Shown in pieces: positions 21,071 through 30,213 of a stretch of 64,000 nt of DNA; position 1 is the first letter of the stretch, and every line of letters begins with the position of its first letter. The translations under genes and the position numbers were made by a program. This DNA is from Candidatus Babeliales bacterium (GTDB lineage: Bacteria > Babelota > Babeliae > Babelales > Vermiphilaceae). The stretch covers positions 530,568 through 594,567 of the forward strand of contig CAVUQO010000002.1 of NCBI GenBank assembly GCA_963743635.1, given 5' to 3'. The notes under the pieces are model-generated. The model did no database searches. It was not told the DNA's origin and saw only the letters and a list, made by a program, of their open reading frames with translations.

Positions 21071-21355
21071 TTACTGCTTGCGCGTTCGCTTACGGTTTCT
21101 GAATAGCTTTTCAAGCGCTTTATCAAGTTTTGCTTCCGCTCGTTCCTGTTCAAGTAGATCCGAGGCTTTTTCAAGTTGTTCGTTCGCGCGTTGAATGTCT
21201 AGTATTGCTTCTCTTCGAGATTTTGTAATATCTGCCTGCAGTCTAGCATCGAAAGCTTGTTCTGTTTGGCTGAGTCTCTCTCTTTCTGTCATCGCCAGCA
21301 TTGATTGCCCGTAGCACACCAATACCACGAGAGCCATTAATTTTAGATTCTTCAT
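21071..21355 (-). CDS. Secreted coiled-coil protein with MKNLK leader and an unrelated payload
   Basis: Leader identical to that of 23638-24126 through SMLAM; basic C-terminus RNRKRTRKQ. Confidence 0.75.
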   Translation of the reverse strand: MKNLKLMALVVLVCYGQSMLAMTERERLSQTEQAFDARLQADITKSRREAILDIQRANEQLEKASDLLEQERAEAKLDKALEKLFRNRKRTRKQ

Positions 21356-21375
21356 ATTCTTTTTCTCCTTTTTTA

Positions 21376-21406
21376 GTCACGCCATAGCTTTAGCGACGGC
21401 GGATTA
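21376..21406. mobile_element. 28-nt palindromic element plus TTA duplication in a 5' UTR (also at 20021-20048 and 24147-24174)
   Basis: Filled site ctcctttttta-gtcacgccatagctttagcgacggcgga-ttatgaagatt versus empty site ctccttttttatgaagatt at about 24907-24925. Confidence 0.65.
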
Positions 21407-21434
21407 TGAAGATTAATGTTAATTATCAATTACC

Positions 21435-21464
21435 AGCATAATAAAAGTTAAAGTTAAAAATCAA
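21435..21464 (-). promoter_or_regulatory. Conserved sigma70-like promoter TTGATT-N18-TAnnnT upstream of all five MKNLK-leader genes
   Basis: TTGATT-tttaactttaacttttat-TATGCT here; equivalents near 19322-19351, 20079-20108, 24206-24235 and 24944-24973. Confidence 0.65.
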
Positions 21465-21716
21465 CAGTTTTCGACTTTTTTGTATCATTTGCAGGTTGAG
21501 ATTTTGGTACGCCGCGCGTGAAATACCCAAAATTCCGGCATGTTACATAGGCAGATATTTGAAGAAATTATTGTAACGCGTACAGCATTAAAAAGGTTAA
21601 GGGCCCCGGAGATACGCTCTTCGAGGCCCTTATCTTTTGTTTTCTGACTGCCCTAGAGTAAAAAAGAAGGGCGCAAAATGCTATGCATGGTGTTTGGAAT
21701 GTATAAATGCATAATA

Positions 21717-23429
21717 CTAATCCCCATTCCATCTTCCTAGATCGAGTATCGTAATTAATTTACGAGCTTTTATGGCAGCTCGGCCAGCATTTCTGTTCTG
21801 TGCTACTTCTTCAAATATTGCACGAGCCCCTTGATAGTCCCCACTATTTGCAGCGTTTCTACCTTCTGTCAAACGAGCCCAAGCCGCTTGTTCAGCGGGG
21901 GATTCATCATAAAAAGAAGATAATGATGTTTGTGCCGCGCCCCCAAACTGAGGGGTTGTTTGCTCTCGAGTAGAAGCCTGGCCAGATTCAGTTTGAACTA
22001 CCGATTTTTTACTACATGGTGGCATTAAGAATGTGGCATAAAGTTCGGTGTCAGTTGCCGTTTCAGTTGATTTTGAGGTGAATTGAATCCGAGTGACCGT
22101 GAATTCAGAGTCAACAAGTTTGAATTCATTGCCAAACATATCCGGACCGAGGCCTGAAATGCCTAGTATTTGCAGTATGTTATTTCGCTGTACTGAACTC
22201 AAACCATCTATGAAATTAAAACGTTCAGTTTCTTCCCAAATGGCCTTTCCATCAGCATCTACCCAAACATTTTCTCCAATCATGTTCCGGACAAGCTTTG
22301 CTCGTGCGCTCGGCTGATTTCGTGCAAGTACTTCTTTTATATACGGTGGATTTAAACGACCCAATGAGATATGCAGATTGTTGCCTGTTAATACTTCATT
22401 TCTTTCTTGGGGTGTATAGGTTCTGAATGTTTTTGGCAATTTGGCTGAATCCATAAAACAATTGCCATTCTGGGTTTGGACTCTTTGTAAATGATTTTTA
22501 ATGGTATCAAGGAGCGATAGGAGTGCTTCGCCTGATTGGCGCGATTGGGGGAGTATTGCGAGCGGAACCCATATTTTTTGATGACTTCCATACGGAGGCC
22601 ATTTTATGCTGCCAGTTGTTAAATCCAGAGGTCCGCATTGCTGTGAGACAGACCACTCATTGATGGCGGTTTCCACTGTTCTTACTACTTGATTGATAAT
22701 ATCATTTCGTCTTGGATCTCCATCATACATATCACCAAGAGTTGGCAGCGTAATGTGAATATTGTCGGGATCTTGTTCGTAAAAAGAAAGGCATTTTTGT
22801 TTTGGTGGTATGAGAGTGAGCAATCGTATTGGTGCTGTTGGATGTGATTGATTGTAGGGTAAGATTTGCTCGTTGTTAAATCTCACTATTTCTTTGTTTT
22901 TTGCATTAATTTGCTCAGGAGTTGCGGTTGATGAATCGATTTTTTGTGGTCGTGCTTTGTGGAGGTCTGTGGGCAGAACGGAAGCCGCATTATGGTATCC
23001 AGCGTTGATCCGATTAATCTTTTCTTGCTCTATTGGGAAAAAATTGCAGTCCGGATCTCTGATATTATTGATTTGAGTAATCTCGTCTTTTACATTCCGT
23101 ATAAGGCCTCGAACCTTTTGTATTACGGTTGGCAAGTGTTCAACGTTGATGATTAAAGCATAGGTTCTTAAGGTACCTTGCTGAGAGGGTACATATGCCG
23201 CAATAGGGGCAACCTGGGAGGCGGATGATGCTGCGCTTCCTGAGGATACCGGGGGCCTTTGGGAGCTTTCGGTGAGACTTAAGCGTATTGCCTCTTGTAT
23301 CATTGCCTCCTCTTCTCGAGCCCGCGCCTCTGCCGCTGTTTTTAGTGCTCGCTCGTTCATCGCCAGTACTAATTGGCCATAGAAGGTAAGTGAGAGTATT
23401 GCAATCACTATTTTTTTGAATGTCTTCAT
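21717..23429 (-). CDS. Secreted protein: UIM plus predicted 2H phosphoesterase domain plus C-terminal TPR-like helix pair
   Basis: Leader ending VLAM; EEEAMIQEAIRLSLTE; PDNIHITLPTLG and NLHISLGR (paired HxT/HxS motifs); WARLTEGRNAANSGDYQGARAIFEEV. Confidence 0.7.
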   Translation of the reverse strand: MKTFKKIVIAILSLTFYGQLVLAMNERALKTAAEARAREEEAMIQEAIRLSLTESSQRPPVSSGSAASSASQVAPIAAYVPSQQGTLRTYALIINVEHLPTVIQKVRGLIRNVKDEITQINNIRDPDCNFFPIEQEKINRINAGYHNAASVLPTDLHKARPQKIDSSTATPEQINAKNKEIVRFNNEQILPYNQSHPTAPIRLLTLIPPKQKCLSFYEQDPDNIHITLPTLGDMYDGDPRRNDIINQVVRTVETAINEWSVSQQCGPLDLTTGSIKWPPYGSHQKIWVPLAILPQSRQSGEALLSLLDTIKNHLQRVQTQNGNCFMDSAKLPKTFRTYTPQERNEVLTGNNLHISLGRLNPPYIKEVLARNQPSARAKLVRNMIGENVWVDADGKAIWEETERFNFIDGLSSVQRNNILQILGISGLGPDMFGNEFKLVDSEFTVTRIQFTSKSTETATDTELYATFLMPPCSKKSVVQTESGQASTREQTTPQFGGAAQTSLSSFYDESPAEQAAWARLTEGRNAANSGDYQGARAIFEEVAQNRNAGRAAIKARKLITILDLGRWNGD

Positions 23430-23637
23430 GAGACCCTCAATTCTTTGAAATAAGATTATAAAAGTTCATTATGTTCAAAAATAAAAAAGGGAGCGCGAAA
23501 AATGCAATATATTTCATTGGAGTCAGAATATGCGGCTTGATCTTTGGAGAAATACTTGTAACACGTACAGAGATAAGGGCCTCGGAGATACGCTCTTCGA
23601 GGCCCTTATCTTTTTATTCTATCGGCAGCTTTCGCAT

Positions 23638-24126
23638 TTACCGTGGCATGTTCATTGTTACTATGTGGTTGATGACAGAACCTGGCGCCGAGTTCCCTTC
23701 AAAAATAACAAGCATTGGATACTGCTTAAGTTCCTCAGCATTTTGTATATTTGCTGGGAAGGACGTGTCTTGGCTTCTAGAAGTCTCTATTGCGGCCACA
23801 TAGCGGTTGTAAAAGTCAGGATTAGATGCTTTTAATGCTCTCAGCTGATTGAGTAAAGATATATAATATCTAGCAGTTCCCCACATACGTGGAGCATCAG
23901 GGGAATTGCCTATGATAAAGTTAAGTACCGGATTGCCTTCATCATCTTCCTGCATTTTCACGTCATTAATTTTAATACCATTAAGAGCATTGATTTCAGC
24001 CTTTAACGTGTCTGCTTCCATCTTCATCACTGCTTTATCAATCTCTTCTCCTGAGATGCTCATTGCCAGCATTGATTGGCCGTAGCACACCAATACCACG
24101 AGAGCCATTAATTTTAGATTCTTCAT
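23638..24126 (-). CDS. Secreted protein, MKNLK-leader family member 3
   Basis: MKNLKLMALVVLVCYGQSMLAM; LNG...ARYY...LRALK...VINHI pattern shared with the paralogs. Confidence 0.8.
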   Translation of the reverse strand: MKNLKLMALVVLVCYGQSMLAMSISGEEIDKAVMKMEADTLKAEINALNGIKINDVKMQEDDEGNPVLNFIIGNSPDAPRMWGTARYYISLLNQLRALKASNPDFYNRYVAAIETSRSQDTSFPANIQNAEELKQYPMLVIFEGNSAPGSVINHIVTMNMPR

Positions 24127-24443
24127 ATTCTTTTTCTCCTTTTTTAGTCACGCCATAGCTTTAGCGACGGCGGATTATGAAGATTAATGTTAATTATCAA
24201 TTAACAGCATAATAAAAGTTAAAGTTAAAAATCAACAATATTATATATTAAGTTTTAAATAAGGCTTAAATTTACTATTTTTCGCTGGAATTAGTACATT
24301 TAGGAGGATGTAGGGCAGGGTAGAATAGGTGAAGAAAATAGTTGCAAGACGTGCAGTATTAAAAAGATAAGGGCCTCGGAGATACGCTCTTCGAGGCCCT
24401 TCTGGTAATAATATTGGACTATTTTCTTCTGCTGAGCAGATTA

Positions 24444-24899
24444 TTACTTAATATTTATTGTGTAATTCCGATTTTGCATGATGTGAGCGATTATGTCTCT
24501 GGCAAGGGCGATGTCTTCATAATTATCACCAATAACAGCTTGGAGTAAAGACCATTTCAAGGATGGATAATCTATACGTTTATAGTTATTCATAATGCTT
24601 TCGAATGTTGTCGCATCGGTTTCGCGCAACTCATTGACCCATCCTAGAATCAATAAATATTCTCTTGGAGTGCATAACTTAGACGATGTCCCATCCAATT
24701 TTTTATAAAAATCTGACGACCCATCGCGATTGTAACCTATGCTACCGCCTTTTAATTTCGTCGCAATATTATCCACTTGTTGTTCGGTCATGCTATCTAT
24801 CTCGTTCTTAATGACGGCTCTTTCCGCATCGTTAAGCGCCAGTACTGATTGCCCGTAGCACACCAATGCCACGAGAGTCATTAATTTTAGATTCTTCAT
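24444..24899 (-). CDS. Secreted protein, MKNLK-leader family member 4
   Basis: MKNLKLMTLVALVCYGQSVLAL; PREYL...LRETD...LLQAV...IIAHIMQNRN. Confidence 0.8.
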   Translation of the reverse strand: MKNLKLMTLVALVCYGQSVLALNDAERAVIKNEIDSMTEQQVDNIATKLKGGSIGYNRDGSSDFYKKLDGTSSKLCTPREYLLILGWVNELRETDATTFESIMNNYKRIDYPSLKWSLLQAVIGDNYEDIALARDIIAHIMQNRNYTINIK

Positions 24900-25061
24900 A
24901 TTTTTTCTCCTTTTTTATGAAGATTGTACTATTACCAGTTATCAGCTTACTAAAAGATAAAGTTACAAATCAACAATATTGGTGATTTGTTGGTACATGC
25001 AGGTTTGAATCATGATATTTGGCCAGTTTTCTTTGTCCTTTTCCGAGGCAGGCCACGAAGA

Positions 25062-27728
25062 TTATTGGCTATCGAACGGTCGTTCTTTTAGCTTCCAAAG
25101 AAGATCAAAGGCCATTTTTGGTGAGAGCTCATCGTAATTGAGTGTCCTGAAGGGATTGAGAATTTGCTCGAGGACAGCCGCTTTTTGATGCGCTTCTTTG
25201 TAAGCATTCAAAAGTTGCTTGTTTTCGGTGCGTAAAGCCGTTAGTTGGTGGCCGAGGAGGGCGTCAGTTTCCTGATCGCGGACAGCGCCTTGCATGCTGC
25301 GAGCTAATGCCGCGCTTTGCTGCTCTTCGCTGACTTGTAAGGTTTGCAAAATATGTTCAGCGCGTGTAATGACTGCGCGTGGCAATTCGGCTCGTTTTGC
25401 CACTTCTACGCCAAAGCTGCCATCGGCAACGCCCTTAACAATTTGATGCAGTAGTACAATGCCATGTTTGCCATTACTGCTTGCCGCATAATAACTCGCA
25501 ATGCCAGGCAGATAATCTTGTAGGTGCGTAAGTTCATGATAATGGGTTGCAAAAAGGCAACGCGCTTTGATGTGCGTATGGATGTATTCCACTACCGCTT
25601 GCGCGATTGCAAGTCCATCGAAGGTACTCGTACCGCGTCCTACTTCATCAAGGATAACTAAACTTCTTTCCGTTGCATGTTGGCAGATATGTGCCGTTTC
25701 TTCCATTTCAACAAGAAAGGTGCTCTTCCCTTGCGCCACGTTATCGCCAGCGCCGATGCGCGTAAATATGCGATCCAAGAGCGGTAATGATGCTGCTTTT
25801 GCCGGCACGTATGAACCAATTTGTGCCATAATTGAAATGAGTGCAACCTGGCGTAGGTAGGTTGATTTGCCGCCCATGTTTGGTCCGGTGATGATCCATA
25901 ACGATTCTGCATCGGTGAGCATCGTATCATTTGGAATGAAACGACAATCCAAGCTTTGTTCAACAACCGGATGGCGGCCTTGTGTAATTGCTATTGAACG
26001 TGCATCATTCCACGTTGGGCGTATATACCCGCGTTCATAAGCCGTATATGCAAGGCTTAAGAGTACATCAAGATGGGCGAGTGCATGCGCTGCCTTGCGC
26101 AACGGATGTATTTGCTCAAAGACCTGCGCTTTGATTTCTTCAAATAACTGTTTTTCAACGGCATCGATTTCATTACGTGCGGTGACTAGTTCATGCTGCA
26201 GATTTTGGAGCTCGGGCGTGATATACCGTTCGCGGCCGACGAGTGTTTGTTGGCGCTTATAGTGTGCGGGCACTAAATCAAGATTGGTTTTGGTAATTTC
26301 AATGTAGTAACCATGCACGTTATTATAGCGAATTTTGAGTGAATTAATGCCGGTTGCTGCTTGTTCTCGCAATTCAAGATCAAGAATGTTTTTATGCGCA
26401 TTGTGCACGAGTGAACGCATGCGATCAAGTTTGGCATCAAATCCTTGTTTGATGATCCATTCTGTACTGGTATCGGTATTGAGTGCACGCTCGAGTAGAT
26501 CACATAATGCGCTAAAATCGCCCAAATACTGATGTATGCTTGCAAAGATAATCGTCTTTGTGTGCGGGTAGAGCAGTTCGCGCAATTGTGGTAATCGCGA
26601 GAGTGATTCATGCAATGCCTGATAATCATGCATATGCGCGCGATTGAGTGCGATGCGGCCGATGATACGTTCTAAATCGCCAATTCCTCGTAAACCTTTT
26701 TGCGTTTGCTGCATGAGCGTAATGTGTTGCATAAAGGTGGCAATAATGTCGTGCCGATGCGCTATTGCATCCTGTTTGACGAGCGGGCGCAGGAGCCATT
26801 TTTTGAGCATGCGAGAACCCATTGAGGTGGTAGCCGTATCGAGAACTGAAAAAAGTGTGTGCGCCGTACTGCCATCATGATTGTTTTTAACGAGTTCTAA
26901 ATTGCGTTGCGTTGCCGCATCGATGAGCAAAAAATCATCCGGTTCATAAAAATGAATGGAGGTGAACTGTTCAAGGGATGATGATTGGGTGCGTTTAAGG
27001 TAGGCAAATAAATTGTAGAGTGCTTGTTGTAGTGCTGCATCAGTGCTTACCTTATCATGCGTTTCTCGATGCAATGTACGTTTGATGAGTGCGCGTATGC
27101 TATCGGTTTCATCATGATCATGCATGATGGTGGTGAAGTAGCCGAGTTGTTTGAAATTTTGTTGCAGCTGTTTTGCTTCAGACGATTGCGGAATTAAAAT
27201 TTCATCGGGGAAAAAGCGAGAGAGCTCGGCCTCCAGTTGTTTAACGCTGTCTGTAGGCAGGATCGTGGCAAAAAGTTGTGCGGTTAATAATTCGCCAAAT
27301 ACCAAGCCCCATGATGTTTTAAGCGGTACGAAGGAAAATAAATAGGATGCAGATTTTTCATTGAGCAGCGTACTTTCAACGAGGGTGCCGGGAGTGAGCA
27401 ATTGTGTGACGCCTCGTTTAACGACAGTGCCTGGCTTTGGCTCTTCAAGCTGATCGCAGATGGCAACTTTAAAGCCGCCTTTAACCAGCTTTGATACATA
27501 ATGATCTCGCGCATGGACAGGGACGCCGCAGAGCGGGATCGGTTCCCCCTTACTTTTGCCTCGTGCGGTGAGGGTAATGCCTAAAAAGGCCGCTGCGGTC
27601 TTCGCATCATCATAGAAAAGCTCATAAAAATCCCCCACCTGGAACAAAAGGAGTGCGTCAGGATACTCGGCCTTTATGGCCTCAAATTGTTGCATTAAGG
27701 GGGTGGATTCTTTTTTATCTATGTCCAT
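25062..27728 (-). CDS. mutS: DNA mismatch repair protein MutS
   Basis: TPLMQQF, FQVGDFYELF, ITGPNMGGKSTYLRQ, STFLVEM, DEVGRGTST, FATHYHEL; intact 888 aa. Confidence 0.98.
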   Translation of the reverse strand: MDIDKKESTPLMQQFEAIKAEYPDALLLFQVGDFYELFYDDAKTAAAFLGITLTARGKSKGEPIPLCGVPVHARDHYVSKLVKGGFKVAICDQLEEPKPGTVVKRGVTQLLTPGTLVESTLLNEKSASYLFSFVPLKTSWGLVFGELLTAQLFATILPTDSVKQLEAELSRFFPDEILIPQSSEAKQLQQNFKQLGYFTTIMHDHDETDSIRALIKRTLHRETHDKVSTDAALQQALYNLFAYLKRTQSSSLEQFTSIHFYEPDDFLLIDAATQRNLELVKNNHDGSTAHTLFSVLDTATTSMGSRMLKKWLLRPLVKQDAIAHRHDIIATFMQHITLMQQTQKGLRGIGDLERIIGRIALNRAHMHDYQALHESLSRLPQLRELLYPHTKTIIFASIHQYLGDFSALCDLLERALNTDTSTEWIIKQGFDAKLDRMRSLVHNAHKNILDLELREQAATGINSLKIRYNNVHGYYIEITKTNLDLVPAHYKRQQTLVGRERYITPELQNLQHELVTARNEIDAVEKQLFEEIKAQVFEQIHPLRKAAHALAHLDVLLSLAYTAYERGYIRPTWNDARSIAITQGRHPVVEQSLDCRFIPNDTMLTDAESLWIITGPNMGGKSTYLRQVALISIMAQIGSYVPAKAASLPLLDRIFTRIGAGDNVAQGKSTFLVEMEETAHICQHATERSLVILDEVGRGTSTFDGLAIAQAVVEYIHTHIKARCLFATHYHELTHLQDYLPGIASYYAASSNGKHGIVLLHQIVKGVADGSFGVEVAKRAELPRAVITRAEHILQTLQVSEEQQSAALARSMQGAVRDQETDALLGHQLTALRTENKQLLNAYKEAHQKAAVLEQILNPFRTLNYDELSPKMAFDLLWKLKERPFDSQ

Positions 27729-27774
27729 GGCTATCGTTAAGTTGTGAAAGGACTATAAAACTGGTTCAACTGTA

Positions 27775-27912
27775 GCATAATTTCTCAAGAATGGCGACCT
27801 TGGAATGTGAGGTATAAGCAGGCGGGCACCGCAAGGGGGATTGCTGCCGTCCTTGGGTGATTCGATCGACATCTTACAGGTTCAGATGGCATGCTCTTGG
27901 CTGTTTTATGAG
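27775..27912 (+). ncRNA. Candidate structured RNA (long hairpin with central bubble, 6S-like)
   Basis: GC-rich intergenic island; caaga/tcttg, gacct/aggtt, atgt/acat and aggcgggca/tgccgtcct pairings around a cc-GCAA-gg tetraloop; folded by eye only. Confidence 0.35.
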
Positions 27913-28021
27913 GCTTTTTGCCCTGATCGGTCTGTACAATTGGCGCAATAATTGGTAGTCTGGGGAATATGTAGGTTATAATGTGAGCCAAATTCTTTGG
28001 TTCATAGAGGGAATAATTATC

Positions 28022-28930
28022 ATGAATATATATCTAAAAAATCTAGTCTTAGCGCTCGCTTTATGCGGTATGCCGCTTAACATCTATGCCGACACGCAAA
28101 ACGCAGCTGAAATTAATGCAGCTGAACCTGTAGCAGCAGTTTTTAATATCCCCAAGATTGAAACAATTCGCATAGACTCCAAACAACAACATTTTGATCG
28201 CGTAGCTACTCGTTATCAGTACCTAAAATGGGGCTGTATAGGGGCATTGTCAGCGTATGTGGTATATAAAAATTTCATACAATCTGATACCATAGCGCCG
28301 GAAGCCAAAAAATTGGCAGAACTTACTCAACAAGTAAATAGTCTGGCTGAGCAGGTTGAAAAATTGGGTAAACCAGCAAATGAAAGTTTATTGTCGCGGA
28401 TTGGTAGCACCGTAAGTAACATTAGTTTTGGCCTTGGGTTGAGTACCTTTATCCAAATTGTTGCCTATTCTATAGCGAGTAATAAATTAAGTCGCCTGGT
28501 AGACGTTGATAGTTTTTGGGAGACGATGCGATCCGAACCTGATTTGGTAAAAGGTATTATTGCGAAAAGCAAACGACTGGTGCCGGACATGAGCAAAGCT
28601 CCACTGACCAGCCTAGAAACAGATCATCTATGCCGTATGATCCAAGATAGTGGTGTGCTTCTTAAGAAAAACATTGAAGCGCTGATTGGCTTTATACGCC
28701 ACAAACAGAGCCAGGATAAAGATCTTGATCCTATCATTGTCGCACAAATCAATGATCAAATTCTCTATCTAACTATGACTTTTAACCATTTTGCTGAAAA
28801 AATGACCACTCTTTTGAATACTGACTATAGCAGCATGGATAAAAAGTCTGCGGCTATCATAGAGTGCGCGCAGCAATTTGGTGATGATTATGGCGTGATC
28901 AGAGATCAGTTTAAGGTACTCGCCGACTAG
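28022..28930 (+). CDS. Secreted/membrane hypothetical protein
   Basis: Signal peptide MNIYLKNLVLALALCGMPLNIYA; coiled-coil and hydrophobic segments. Confidence 0.75.
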   Translation: MNIYLKNLVLALALCGMPLNIYADTQNAAEINAAEPVAAVFNIPKIETIRIDSKQQHFDRVATRYQYLKWGCIGALSAYVVYKNFIQSDTIAPEAKKLAELTQQVNSLAEQVEKLGKPANESLLSRIGSTVSNISFGLGLSTFIQIVAYSIASNKLSRLVDVDSFWETMRSEPDLVKGIIAKSKRLVPDMSKAPLTSLETDHLCRMIQDSGVLLKKNIEALIGFIRHKQSQDKDLDPIIVAQINDQILYLTMTFNHFAEKMTTLLNTDYSSMDKKSAAIIECAQQFGDDYGVIRDQFKVLAD

Positions 28931-29150
28931 GATCGTTTATTAATCGGCAGGTACAAAAAACAGCCTAAAAAGGTTATGAAATAGTAGAGTAAGAAGGGCA
29001 TACAACTATGGACCAACCGATATAACTGTGCTATAATAGCTGTAATTCCCAAAAATGCCCCGGTTCATGAGACATTCGGATCGGTGTGGCTATGGAAACA
29101 TTAATTGGGTGTATCAATACGCATAACAGACTCAAGAGTAGGATAAGATT

Positions 29151-29516
29151 ATGGCAGAACAAAAACGAGGCCAATCGCCCGCAAAACCAGAAGAAATGCC
29201 GGTTTTCGAACAATATGCAATTTTCCAAACAGGCGGTAAACAATACCAAGCTATCCCTGGAAAAACGATCGAAATCGAAAAACTTGAAGGTGATGCTGGT
29301 AGTTCAATCGAATTTACTGAAGTATTGCTCAGAAAAACAGGTGACAAGAATGTTGAAATCGGCCGACCATACGTGGCAACTCCGGTAAAAGCATCTATCA
29401 TCAAACACATGCGTGGACCGAAATTGATTGTCTTTAAATTCAAGCGCCGTAAAAAGGTTCGCGTGAAAAAAGGACATCGTCAGCCACACTCAGTGGTTCG
29501 TATCGAATCGATATAA
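29151..29516 (+). CDS. rplU: 50S ribosomal protein L21 with an N-terminal extension
   Basis: YAIFQTGGKQY...IGRPYV...KKGHRQP. Confidence 0.96.
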   Translation: MAEQKRGQSPAKPEEMPVFEQYAIFQTGGKQYQAIPGKTIEIEKLEGDAGSSIEFTEVLLRKTGDKNVEIGRPYVATPVKASIIKHMRGPKLIVFKFKRRKKVRVKKGHRQPHSVVRIESI

Positions 29517-29567
29517 ATTTTGGTTCTACTTTCGCTCATCATGAGCGGGACAAAGACAGAACGTATT

Positions 29568-29597
29568 AAGGCAGGATTTTTTAAATCCTGCCTTTTT
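29568..29597 (+). terminator. rplU terminator; related copies at 31551-31580 and 32116-32150
   Basis: aaggcaggattt-tt-aaatcctgccttttt. Confidence 0.8.
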
Positions 29598-29887
29598 CCT
29601 TTTATATGGGCAAAAACAGCTGCCAACCCTGGGGGTTGGCCTTTTTTTTATTCTAGGTAGCCCAATATCAAAAAGCCCCTCCTCCTCCCTGCGAGCCCAG
29701 CACTCCCCTTCACCCTCTATTTTTTAGACAAAATATTACCAATAAGAAAAATATTATACCTTAAAAAAGGCTGGTTTGGCTGTTTTTTGCATTTTTGAGG
29801 GTAGGGGGGCGGTTGCGCAAAGTTTTCAATTTGATAATATTAAGAGTAGATAAAGTATTTTTAATCAAATAATGGGAGACTAATAGT

Positions 29888-30187
29888 ATGAAACGTATTT
29901 ATTTTAAAATTATCGTTCTTATGGCTGTTTTTGCTGTAGCAACACAGATGCAGGCGGGTAGGCCGAAAACAGCGCATGCAAAGCATGAAAAAGGGAGCCT
30001 CGTGACGCCTGCAGAACAAGACATAATGTTAGCAGCCGTCGCCAGCACCGATCAACCGCTCGAAAACTATTCATTAGAATCGAGTCTCAATAACTTGTCA
30101 GTAGAAAAAGTTGCAGTATTAAGTGCGCAATTAGAAAATACATTGAAAAATTTACATTACTCAGAGAGTCTTTTGTGGCGATCGTAA
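29888..30187 (+). CDS. Secreted hypothetical protein, MKRxY-leader family
   Basis: MKRIYFKIIVLMAVFAVATQMQA. Confidence 0.7.
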   Translation: MKRIYFKIIVLMAVFAVATQMQAGRPKTAHAKHEKGSLVTPAEQDIMLAAVASTDQPLENYSLESSLNNLSVEKVAVLSAQLENTLKNLHYSESLLWRS

Positions 30188-30213
30188 TAGTATAAATTTA
30201 ATGGAGGATTATA

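Larger units (their letters stand above)
18563..24400. repeat. Dispersed direct repeats of the uvrA 3' end and/or its terminator hairpin (original 18563-18710; copies about 19391-19461, 20237-20338, 21006-21038, 21506-21630, 23545-23608, 24331-24400)
   Basis: For example gcagatatctgaagaaattattgtaacgcgtacagcattaaaaaggttaagggcc recurs almost verbatim at about 21550-21605; hairpin gggcctcg(g/a)agatac..tcttcgaggccc. Confidence 0.92.

Noticed and set aside
18563..24400. Integron cassette array with attC sites
   Set aside because: There is no integrase, I see no consistent RYYYAAC/GTTRRRY ends, and the hairpins derive from the uvrA terminator; each gene has its own promoter.
18806..24899. Diversity-generating retroelement
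   Set aside because: No reverse transcriptase and no template/variable repeat pair differing only at adenines.
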